The notes below the pieces were generated by a model, which was not told the origin of the DNA, did not search any database, and saw nothing but the letters and a program-made list of their open reading frames with translations. Both the position numbers and the translations under genes were made by a program. A DNA stretch of 64,000 nucleotides, taken from NCBI GenBank assembly GCA_965213685.1, contig CBDBZY010000058.1, positions 31,458 through 95,457 of the forward strand, read 5' to 3'. The DNA comes from a bacterium (lineage in GTDB: Bacteria > UBA8248). Below, piece by piece: positions 8,097 to 16,442 of this stretch. Position 1 is the stretch's first letter. The number at the start of each line of letters is the position of its first letter.

Positions 8097-8858
8097 CTAC
8101 AGCCCGAGAATCGGGAGTGCGCACTCCAGACGCCGTATCTCGTAGTCCGGCGCCTCGCCCCCCTCCGGAATCGGCGCTCCCTTCCTGTTGAGCCACGCGC
8201 ACGGCATCCCCACCCCCTGCGGGCCCTCCACGTCCGCCTCAAAGGTGTCGCCCACGAAGAGCACCTCGCCCGGTGCGGCGCCCAGCCCCCGGGCCGCATT
8301 CAGAAACAGGGACGCAGCCGGCTTTCGGAAACCCTCCTCCTCCGAAATGTGCACGGAATCGAGATAGGGAGCGATGCCCTCCCGGTCGATAATCCGCCGG
8401 GCGGTGGGAGCATGGTCGAAATTGCTGACGAGCGCTATCGGCAGGCCGGCGTCCTTCATCCTGCGCAAGACGTCGAGCCGAGCGGCGTCAAACACGACGG
8501 AACGCGCGATGCCCGCCATATGGGCGTTGAGGGCCGTTTGGGCGGCCCGTTCCCTGTCCTTCGGGGAAATCGCCACCAAAAGCGCCGCGAGGCGCCGGAA
8601 GCGATGTATCGAGCGAATCTCCCTGTGCGCGGGGTCGCGGTTGCGCTCCGCCCACACCTCCCGGGAATTCCGCAGCCAGAGCTGATGGAAGGCGGGATAG
8701 TTCGGCACCGGGAAGCCGCCCTCGTAGAGCGCGTCATAGGCCGCCCGGGACGTGGTCTTCTCCTCTTTTCCGTCAATCTCCACGGCCGGAAAAAGAGAGA
8801 CGTCGAAATCAACGAGCGTGTCGAACAGATCGAACGCAACCGCGCGATATGGGGTCAA
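8097..8858 (-). CDS. HAD-superfamily hydrolase
   Basis: Motifs FDLFDT, VSNFD, RKP and GDTFEAD; start uncertain (8858 or 8888). Confidence 0.85.
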   Translation of the reverse strand: MTPYRAVAFDLFDTLVDFDVSLFPAVEIDGKEEKTTSRAAYDALYEGGFPVPNYPAFHQLWLRNSREVWAERNRDPAHREIRSIHRFRRLAALLVAISPKDRERAAQTALNAHMAGIARSVVFDAARLDVLRRMKDAGLPIALVSNFDHAPTARRIIDREGIAPYLDSVHISEEEGFRKPAASLFLNAARGLGAAPGEVLFVGDTFEADVEGPQGVGMPCAWLNRKGAPIPEGGEAPDYEIRRLECALPILGL

Positions 8859-8907
8859 GGGAACTCCCGAGAAATGATCGCCGCCCAATCCGGCATGGAC
8901 GCGAGAC

Positions 8908-9411
8908 TCAGTCGTAGGTACCTTCCATATCCATCTTCCGGTAGGCGCTGCCGTAAAAAAGAAGCGGAGCGCGCACCCCCTCCTCCAACAGCACGCGGGT
9001 CACGCACCCCACGACGATGGTGTGGTCTCCGCCCGGAAGCTTCTCGTGCAGGTCGCACTCCAAGGCGCCCACGTGCCCCGTGAGCAGGGGGGAGCCGTTC
9101 TCGCCGATTTCATGCGCTATATCCGCGAACTGATCCTCCGCGTCCCGGCCCTTGCCCGCGAACCAGTCCGAGGCGCTCTTCTGCTCCTCGGACAAAAAAT
9201 TGATGGCGAACTTCCGCGCCTTCTGAACGACTTTCAGGCTCGACGCCTCGTTCGCGTAGCAGACCAGGACGAGCGGGGGGTCGAGGGAGAGAGAAGAAAA
9301 GGCGTTCGCCGTCATGCCGCGGGCCCCGGTCTCCGTTCTCGCGGTGACGACGGTGACGCCGGTGGCGAACCTGCCCAGGGCGGTTCTGAACTCTTTCGGG
9401 TCGATGCGCAT
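8908..9411 (-). CDS. Flavin reductase family protein
   Basis: FRTALGRFATGVTVVT, SLSLDPPLV and GDHTI motifs. Confidence 0.92.
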   Translation of the reverse strand: MRIDPKEFRTALGRFATGVTVVTARTETGARGMTANAFSSLSLDPPLVLVCYANEASSLKVVQKARKFAINFLSEEQKSASDWFAGKGRDAEDQFADIAHEIGENGSPLLTGHVGALECDLHEKLPGGDHTIVVGCVTRVLLEEGVRAPLLFYGSAYRKMDMEGTYD

Positions 9412-9451
9412 GTGTTCCTTACCTCCCGGATGAACGCTGGGGATTGTCCCG

Positions 9452-10507
9452 CTATCCGCGCCGCTCCCCCGCCTGCGCGACGGGCACCAGGAGCACCTTC
9501 AGCCCGACGCCTCGCCTCATGATGTCGAAGCCGGCCTCCCAGTCCTGGAGCGACAACATATCAGAGATCATGGCCTCCGTGTCGATCCGGCCCGCCTCCA
9601 TCCACCGGAGCGCCAGGCGCCAGGCGGAGCGCTTCTGGCCGAACGTCCCGACCAGGCGCACCTCCTTATACGCCAGCTGGTTCGCATCGACGGCAACCGG
9701 CGCGCCGGGCAGGCCTATCTGCAGGATTTCGCCCCCCTTTCTCACCGATTCGAGACAGACGCCGAGCGCGTCCGGGGCGCCCGCCGCCTCGACCGCCAAA
9801 TCGACTCCCCAACCGCCGGTCGCCTCCCGAACCGCCTCGGCGACGTCCTCCCGCTCGGCGTCCACCGTCCACTCCGCTCCAAGCGAGCGGGCAAGGGCGA
9901 GCCTGTGCGCGTCTTTCGCGGTTCCCGCCACCATCACGCGGGCGCCGCGGGCGACCGCCACCTGGGCGCATCCCAGGCCAATGGCGCCCGGGCCCATGAT
10001 GAGGACGAGGTCTCCCTCGCGCACGCAGCACTGCTCGCACATGCCGTGCGCGCACACCGCCAGAGGCTCCGAGAGTGCGGCCGCCCTCAGGCTGACGCCA
10101 TCCGGCAGGAGGTGAACCGACGCGGCCCGGGTCACCACATACTCGGCGAAGGCGCCGCCGCTCACCACCCCGGCGATGTCGCGCGCCTCGCATCGGTTGT
10201 AGCGGCCCGAGATGCAATGCGGACATACGCGGCACGTCGATTTCGTGGGCTCCGCCGTCACCCGCGCACCCGGCGGAATCCCCTCGACCCCCCGGCCGAC
10301 TTCCACCACGCGGCCCGAGAACTCGTGGCCCAGCACCACCGGGGGGAAGTAGTGAAAAAAATCGCCCGCGGCAATGTGGACGTCCGTGCCGCAGATGCCC
10401 GCGTGGGCAACCCGGATTTTCACCTGCCCGGGGCCCGCCGAGGGCTCCTCCACGTCGAGAAGCGCCATGTTGCCAGGCCCCTTCGCCCGCTTCACCAAGG
10501 CCTTCAT
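9452..10507 (-). CDS. Zinc-dependent alcohol/polyol dehydrogenase (MDR family)
   Basis: GICGTD, GHE, structural-Zn C-x2-C-x2-C-x7-C and GPGAIG motifs. Confidence 0.92.
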   Translation of the reverse strand: MKALVKRAKGPGNMALLDVEEPSAGPGQVKIRVAHAGICGTDVHIAAGDFFHYFPPVVLGHEFSGRVVEVGRGVEGIPPGARVTAEPTKSTCRVCPHCISGRYNRCEARDIAGVVSGGAFAEYVVTRAASVHLLPDGVSLRAAALSEPLAVCAHGMCEQCCVREGDLVLIMGPGAIGLGCAQVAVARGARVMVAGTAKDAHRLALARSLGAEWTVDAEREDVAEAVREATGGWGVDLAVEAAGAPDALGVCLESVRKGGEILQIGLPGAPVAVDANQLAYKEVRLVGTFGQKRSAWRLALRWMEAGRIDTEAMISDMLSLQDWEAGFDIMRRGVGLKVLLVPVAQAGERRG

Positions 10508-10537
10508 GTTCGCCTCGCGCGCGAGTGAGTGAGAATA

Positions 10538-11251
10538 TCAAGCGTTGAGCACGGCTATCGCCCGAATCGGCGAGCCCGACCCGCCGCGAATCTTGAGCGG
10601 AAGCCCGATATACAGGAACTCCTTGCCCACCACCTCCTCGATGTTGCAGAGATTCTCCGTGTTGGTGCGGCCCAGCTCGCGGCAAACGAGGTGGCAAGGG
10701 TATTCCGGGCTGGTCGCCATGTCCATGCTCGGGGCGTCGGTGCCCACGTTGATGGCGCCACACTCGCCATACACATACTCGGCCGCGTCGCGCGTCCAGC
10801 CGGCGTAGGCCGTGGTGTACAGGGGGGTCGGGTGGTGACGCCGGAAATGCCCGTACGTGTAGAGGAGGGTGTCGCCCGGCCGTATCTCGTAGCCGTAGCG
10901 GTCCAGCCGCCTTTTCACGTCGTCCGCGTTGATGTAGCCGTTGTCCTCCACGTTCTCGAAATCAATCGCTATCCCCCGGCTGTAGAAGGAATCGAAGTTC
11001 ATCTCGTCGATGTGCGGCGCGTCGGGCGAGGGGTCCAGATGGCTGATGGAGTCCACATGCGTCGGCCCGTGCTCACAGAGCTGGACGATGCCGGAGTAAT
11101 AGCTCATCTCGCTCTGGAAGCGGCCGCTGGCGGCGCTCTCCTCGTGCGTCATGTTCGTCCATCGCCAGGTTTCGGGATGCCCCACGAACACCGGCTGCCC
11201 TTGGTAGATTTCCTGCGTCAGATCCACAATCTCATGATTCTTGTACGACAT
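10538..11251 (-). CDS. Cyclase/kynurenine-formamidase-family metal hydrolase
   Basis: GAAGGAG RBS + ATG11251 (MSYKNHEIVDLTQ); HGPTHVD, GTDAPSMD, ENL and GSPIRAIA motifs. Confidence 0.9.
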   Translation of the reverse strand: MSYKNHEIVDLTQEIYQGQPVFVGHPETWRWTNMTHEESAASGRFQSEMSYYSGIVQLCEHGPTHVDSISHLDPSPDAPHIDEMNFDSFYSRGIAIDFENVEDNGYINADDVKRRLDRYGYEIRPGDTLLYTYGHFRRHHPTPLYTTAYAGWTRDAAEYVYGECGAINVGTDAPSMDMATSPEYPCHLVCRELGRTNTENLCNIEEVVGKEFLYIGLPLKIRGGSGSPIRAIAVLNA

Positions 11252-11417
11252 GGCGACTCTCCTTCGACCTGTTCGCTGTGATGAGTGAACCATCCTGCCA
11301 TTCCCGACGCCCCGCCGACGGGCCACACCCCCCGGATCCGCACGGAGAGCCGGTGAAATCCCTTCGCTCCCATCCGGCTTTCGGCAACGCGATGTCGTGG
11401 GTTTGGAACGCCCGTTG

Positions 11418-11446
11418 ATAGTAAGATTGCCCCGAACCCTTGTCAA
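11418..11446 (-). promoter_or_regulatory. sigma70 promoter of the cyclase operon
   Basis: Minus strand TTGACA-17 bp-TACTAT. Confidence 0.75.
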
Positions 11447-11523
11447 CGGAGCGCCCCGGCGGGGGCGCACGCATCCGGACCGGACGCGCGAGGCGACGAA
11501 TAGAAAAAGGGGGGGAGCCGGAA

Positions 11524-11553
11524 TTGACACGGCAAAGCCCCCCTCCGTACCAT
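11524..11553 (+). promoter_or_regulatory. sigma70 promoter of the mocA-adh operon
   Basis: TTGACA-18 bp-TACCAT. Confidence 0.65.
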
Positions 11554-11593
11554 GCGCGGCGGGGAGGGCTCCTCTTTCATGGAGAGCGCCAGG

Positions 11594-12229
11594 ATGGCGG
11601 ATTCGCGCCGCGTCACGGCGATACTGCTCGCAGCCGGCCTCTCGAAGCGCATGGGGCGGAACAAGCTCCTGCTTCCCCTGGGGGATGAGACCGTCATCCG
11701 AAAAACGGCGCGCGCCCTGTGCGACAGCGCGGCCTCGGAGATCATCCTCGTCACGGGCCAGGCGGAGGAAATGATGCGGGAAGCCCTGCGGGGACTCGAC
11801 CTGCGCGTCGCGCACAATCCCCGTTACGCCGAGGGGCAGAGCACGAGCATGGTCGCCGGCCTCCGCGCGGCGGCGGAAACCGCCGACGCCTACCTGTTCG
11901 TTCTGGGGGATCAACCGCTGCTCACCCCCCGAATCGTGGACGACATGATATCGCTCTACGACACGTCCCGGCCGGACGCGCTGGTCGTGGCACCACGCTT
12001 CGGGGGCAGGCGCGGAAACCCCACCCTGTTCTCCGCCGCCCTGAAGGACGAACTGCTGCGGACGAGCGGGGATGAGGGGGGGAGGCGCATCATCCGGAGG
12101 CTGGAGGCGGAATCTCCCGGGAAACTCGTTTTTCTCGACTTGCCCGATGATGATATGTTTCTGGACGTCGACACGGAGAAAGACTACGAATTCGTGCGTC
12201 GGAAGTTCCCCGCCCCTCCCATCGGGTAG
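11594..12229 (+). CDS. mocA: Molybdenum cofactor cytidylyltransferase-like nucleotidyltransferase
   Basis: LAAGLSKRMG, GDQP, GNP and DVDT motifs. Confidence 0.82.
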   Translation: MADSRRVTAILLAAGLSKRMGRNKLLLPLGDETVIRKTARALCDSAASEIILVTGQAEEMMREALRGLDLRVAHNPRYAEGQSTSMVAGLRAAAETADAYLFVLGDQPLLTPRIVDDMISLYDTSRPDALVVAPRFGGRRGNPTLFSAALKDELLRTSGDEGGRRIIRRLEAESPGKLVFLDLPDDDMFLDVDTEKDYEFVRRKFPAPPIG

Positions 12230-12244
12230 CGAAGGAGCACCTCC

Positions 12245-13402
12245 ATGATCAAAGCGTTTCAAATCGCATCCGGCCCGCGCGTTCGCTTCGGCCGCGGCGA
12301 GACCGCCCACATCGGGGAGGAGGCGAGGAATGCGGGGCTCTCCAGGCCCATGCTCGTCACGGACGCGGGCCTCGCCTCGAGCGGAGCACTCGATTCCCTC
12401 ATGGAGGCGCTTCAGGGCGCATCGGTCGATTACCGGTTCTACGATCAGGCGGAGGCGAACCCGACGGACGCCAGCATCATCAGCGCCCGCGACTTTTTTC
12501 GTCAGCACGGGTGCGACGGCTTCATCGCCGCGGGCGGCGGGAGCAGCATGGACACCGCCAAGGCGACTCTGGCCATCACCGCGAACGGAGGCGTGCCGAG
12601 CGATTACTATGGCCGGGGGAAGGCCACGAAGCCCGGCCCGCCGCTCATCACGGTTCCCACCACGGCCGGCACGGGCAGCGAGGTAACCTCGAGTGCCATC
12701 GTCACGGACACGACGCGGAAGATCAAGACCGTCCTGGCCGACCCCTCGCTGTTCGCGCAGCTCGCCATCGTGGACTCCGGCCTGCTGGCCAAACTCCCCT
12801 CCCACATCGCGGCGGGGGCGATGATGGACGCCCTCACCCACGCGATAGAATCCGTCGGCTCCCCCAACTCCAATCCCTGGACGGAAGCCCTGGCGTTCCG
12901 GGCCATCGCCTGCATCGGCGACTTCGGCAGGGCGTATGTGGATGACCCGTCGAACCCGGAGGCGGCCGACGCCGTCTCGCTCGCCGCCATGCTCGCGGGG
13001 CGCGCCTTCACCAACACGGGACTGGGCATCGTGCATTCGCTCGCGCACCCGCTGGGCGCCTACCACGGGACGCACCACGGCACGGCGAACGGCATCTTCT
13101 TGCCGCCCGTCATGGAATTCAACCTCCCCGTCATGCGGGAGTCCTACGCGCGCATGGCCCCCCTGCTGGCTCCTCCCGAGAACAGGGACGGCGCGGCGCG
13201 GACGGCGGAGGCGGCGATAGAGGCCATCCGCGCCCTCAACCGCGACATCGGCATTCCGCGCACCCTCCGCGAGGCGGACGTCGTGAACGAAAACCTCGAC
13301 GTCATGGCGCAAGACGCGGCGGAGAGCCACCAGGTACACACCAACCCGGTTCCCGCCAACCAGCAGGACATGAAGCGCCTGCTGCTGGCGACGCTGGAGT
13401 AG
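12245..13402 (+). CDS. Iron-containing alcohol dehydrogenase
   Basis: GGGSSMD, PTTAGTGSE, DALTHAIE, HSLAH and HGTAN motifs. Confidence 0.93.
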   Translation: MIKAFQIASGPRVRFGRGETAHIGEEARNAGLSRPMLVTDAGLASSGALDSLMEALQGASVDYRFYDQAEANPTDASIISARDFFRQHGCDGFIAAGGGSSMDTAKATLAITANGGVPSDYYGRGKATKPGPPLITVPTTAGTGSEVTSSAIVTDTTRKIKTVLADPSLFAQLAIVDSGLLAKLPSHIAAGAMMDALTHAIESVGSPNSNPWTEALAFRAIACIGDFGRAYVDDPSNPEAADAVSLAAMLAGRAFTNTGLGIVHSLAHPLGAYHGTHHGTANGIFLPPVMEFNLPVMRESYARMAPLLAPPENRDGAARTAEAAIEAIRALNRDIGIPRTLREADVVNENLDVMAQDAAESHQVHTNPVPANQQDMKRLLLATLE

Positions 13403-13513
13403 TCCCCATGCCCGCCGGCGAGATATTGATGCTGGATGACCACGCGGACACCAACGGGGTGCCGCCGAAGGCGACGCTGGAGTAGGCCCCATGCCCGCCG
13501 GAGAGATATTGAT
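13387..13513. repeat. 44-bp direct repeat duplicating the adh stop/hpt start junction
   Basis: 13387-13430 vs 13470-13513, 2 mismatches. Confidence 0.9.
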
Positions 13514-14012
13514 ACCCCAGGCGGACATCCGGAGGCGCCTGCCGGCGCTTGCCGCCGAAATCAACGCGGGCCTTCCGGCGGGGCCGGTTCACGTCGTCAT
13601 CATACTCAAAGGCGCCGTTTTCTTCGGGGTCGATCTGGCCCGCGCCCTGGGGCGCGAAACGACGCTCGGCTTCCTCGCGGCCGCCAGCTACGGCAATGGC
13701 ACCCGGAGGGAGGGACACGCGGAAATCGACCTGAAATACCTCGACGAAATCGCGGGTCGGAACGTGCTGCTCATTGACGACATTCTCGATACGGGACATA
13801 CGCTCTCCAGGACGCTCGCCCTTCTGGAGGAAAGAAACCCCGCCTCGATCCGGACGTGCGTCTTGCTGGACAAGCCCGCCAGAAGAGAGTTGGAGATACA
13901 GGCGGATCACGTCGGGTTCGTGATCGAAAACCGTTTCGTCGTCGGATACGGCCTGGACTGCGGGCAGGCCTACCGCACCCTGCCCGACATCCGAGCCTAC
14001 GCGCCCGAATGA
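13491..14012 (+). CDS. hpt: Hypoxanthine phosphoribosyltransferase
   Basis: ILKGA, LIDDILDTGHTL, LLDKP and FVVGYGLD motifs. Confidence 0.88.
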   Translation: MPAGEILIPQADIRRRLPALAAEINAGLPAGPVHVVIILKGAVFFGVDLARALGRETTLGFLAAASYGNGTRREGHAEIDLKYLDEIAGRNVLLIDDILDTGHTLSRTLALLEERNPASIRTCVLLDKPARRELEIQADHVGFVIENRFVVGYGLDCGQAYRTLPDIRAYAPE

Positions 14013-14127
14013 AGCGGCAGCCCGGGCGCGCTTTTTGATCGGGGGGCACGGGGACTTCGCGCCGTCGGCACAGCGGGCGGCGATGCGGAGGGGGACGCGC
14101 CCCTCCGCCCATGGAGGAGCGGCGTTC

Positions 14128-15234
14128 ATGCCGATTCAGGAGATGCGCGTTTGGGATACCGCGACGCGAGTCGCCCAGCAATCCAGAAACCGCTACGGGG
14201 GCGCCTCCATCGTGGAGCGGGTCGTGGTTCGCCTCACGAACGACGATGGTGCGGAGGGCTGGGGCGAGGCGGCGCCACTGATGCACTTCACCCGGGAGAC
14301 CGGAGCCGCGATGGCGGCCAAACTCCGCGAGGCCGTCCCCCGGATACGGGGAAAGGAGGCGGACGCGCTGCGCGCCGCACTCGATGAAGTCGCGGATTTC
14401 GGCGGCATGGGCGCCGCCCGCACCGCTCTGGAGATCGCCGCCATCGACCTGGACGCCAAAATCCGCAAGACGTCGTTCGCGCAAGCGTTCGGAGGGGAGA
14501 GGAGAAGCGCCGTCGCCCTCGACGGCGCCATCGGCCTTCTTCCGAACGAGGAGGCCCTCCAGAAGGCGGAGGCGCTCCTCGCGCAAGGCGTGCGGACCCT
14601 CAAGGTGAAATCGGGCGCCGACGCGGAGGCGGACGCCGATCGCATCCTGAGGCTGCGCGAGAGATTCGGCCCGCAGGTCCAGCTGAGAACGGACGCGAAC
14701 GGGGGGTTCTCGCCCGAGGAGGCGCTTCGCTTCACGGACAAGATGCTCCGGGCGGGGCTCGAGCATTTCGAGCAGCCGGTGCTCCCCGCGGAGGAGAAAT
14801 GCCTGGACGTCTTTCGGGAGATACGCGCCCGGGGGATGCAGGTCGCCGTGGATGAATCCCTGTTCTCCATCGAGGACGCGCACCGCCTCGTGGATGCGGA
14901 GGCCGCCGACGTCGCGCTCATCAAGCTCTCGAAATTCGGCGGTCCCACGAACGCCTGGAACGCGGCGCGGGTTTTTGACGCCGCCGGCAAGATCGCCCTC
15001 CTGAGCTCCCCCTATGAGTCCTTCATCGCCAAATCGGCGGGCTTCGCCCTCGCCCTCTCCCTGGAGAATGTGGACAGAGCCCACGAACTCGCCCACTTCC
15101 TGGATGAGGAGCCATACGCCGAGTGGCGCCACGCCATCTCCGGAGGCGCCTTCACGCGGGCAGACGCACACGGACACGGGGCGGCGGGCATCCCCGCCCG
15201 CATCGAGAAGATAGCCAGGACGCAGCCAGACTGA
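14128..15234 (+). CDS. Enolase-superfamily enzyme, muconate-lactonizing subgroup
   Basis: GGAGGAG + ATG14128; GWGEA, KVK, metal ligands in DANG/EQP/DES, and second Lys in IKLSK. Confidence 0.85.
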   Translation: MPIQEMRVWDTATRVAQQSRNRYGGASIVERVVVRLTNDDGAEGWGEAAPLMHFTRETGAAMAAKLREAVPRIRGKEADALRAALDEVADFGGMGAARTALEIAAIDLDAKIRKTSFAQAFGGERRSAVALDGAIGLLPNEEALQKAEALLAQGVRTLKVKSGADAEADADRILRLRERFGPQVQLRTDANGGFSPEEALRFTDKMLRAGLEHFEQPVLPAEEKCLDVFREIRARGMQVAVDESLFSIEDAHRLVDAEAADVALIKLSKFGGPTNAWNAARVFDAAGKIALLSSPYESFIAKSAGFALALSLENVDRAHELAHFLDEEPYAEWRHAISGGAFTRADAHGHGAAGIPARIEKIARTQPD

Positions 15235-15283
15235 GAACGACGGGCAAGCTTTTTTCCGCCGAGGAGAGAGGAGAAGAAACGGG

Positions 15284-16198
15284 ATGCGCCTCCCCGCGCA
15301 GGTACACATCGTCGAGGTGGGCACGAGAGACGGCCTCCAGAACGAAAAGCGGTACGTTTCGCCCGAGGAGAAGATTCGGCTTCTGGACGCCATCACCGAC
15401 GCCGGCGTGCGCCGCATCGAGGCGACGAGCTTCGTCAGCCCCAGACACGTCCCCCAGCTACGAGACGCCCGGGAGGTGCTCGCCGGCTGCAAGCGCAGGC
15501 CGGAGGCGGAGTATGAGGCGCTGGTCCCCAACGTTCGCGGGATGGAGCGCGCCCTGGAGTGCGCGGTGGACCGCGTCATCCTGTTCGTCGCCGCCAGCGA
15601 GACGTTCAACCAGAAAAACATGCGGGCGAGCCGAAAGAAAATGCTCGAGGCGGCCCGCGAAGTCGCCCGTATGGCTGCCGGAGCGAACCGAAAGCTCAGG
15701 GGCGGGCTCGTCGCCGCGTTCGGCTGCCCGTATGAGGGGCGCATCTCCTACGAGGACGTCGAATGGGTGGTCGGCGAATACGTGGACATGGGCTGCGATG
15801 AAATCGCCCTCGCCGACACCGTGGGCATGACAAATCCGGCGGAGGTAAAACGGCTCGTCCATCACATGCGCCGCCGCTTCCCCTCCGTTCGCTACGCCCT
15901 CCACCTCCACAACACGCGAGGCGCCGGCCTGGCCAACCTCGTGGCGGGCCTGGAGGCCGGTGTCGACACGTTCGACACGTCCATCGGCGGTTTGGGCGGT
16001 TGCCCCTTCGCCCCTCGTGCCACCGGCAACATCGCGAGCGAGGACACCATCAACATGCTGCACGAGATGGGGGTGGAAACCGGGGTCGACCTCCCCCGGC
16101 TGCTCGAGGCCGTCGCCTGCGCGGAAAAAATTCTGAATCGCCAGCTGCCGGGTCAACTCCTCCACGCCGGAATCCCCGGGTGGGAGCCGCCGCGCTGA
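15284..16198 (+). CDS. HMG-CoA lyase-family protein
   Basis: RDGLQNE, HLHNT, GGLGGCPFAP and GNIASED motifs. Confidence 0.92.
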   Translation: MRLPAQVHIVEVGTRDGLQNEKRYVSPEEKIRLLDAITDAGVRRIEATSFVSPRHVPQLRDAREVLAGCKRRPEAEYEALVPNVRGMERALECAVDRVILFVAASETFNQKNMRASRKKMLEAAREVARMAAGANRKLRGGLVAAFGCPYEGRISYEDVEWVVGEYVDMGCDEIALADTVGMTNPAEVKRLVHHMRRRFPSVRYALHLHNTRGAGLANLVAGLEAGVDTFDTSIGGLGGCPFAPRATGNIASEDTINMLHEMGVETGVDLPRLLEAVACAEKILNRQLPGQLLHAGIPGWEPPR

Positions 16199-16387
16199 GG
16201 CGCCCGGGCCGGTGGCTGCCCCTCCTCCCGCGCAAGGCGCCCGCCCGCCCGCGTAACTCCCCTCTGCGCGCAGCGCGGCGGCCCATCCTGCCTCCCTCCC
16301 CGCCGACGTCGACCGGAAGGGCGAGCGACGAGAGACGGGTCGCGTTCATCGGGGAGAAAAACTTCTCCCCCGGGTTCGGGAAAATCC

Positions 16388-16428
16388 TTGACTTTGGCGC
16401 CGGGAATTGATTGTATGCAATATACATT
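16388..16428 (+). promoter_or_regulatory. Promoter with overlapping GntR/FadR-type operator
   Basis: TTGACT at 16388-16393 followed by the palindrome TGTAT-gcaat-ATACA (16412-16426) over the -10 region. Confidence 0.6.
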
Positions 16429-16442
16429 TGGGGAGACACCCA

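Noticed and set aside
10538-13564. 1008-aa minus-strand ORF
   Set aside because: Only the last 237 aa (cyclase, from ATG11251 with its own RBS and promoter) are real; the rest is the antisense shadow of mocA and the Fe-ADH in high-GC DNA.
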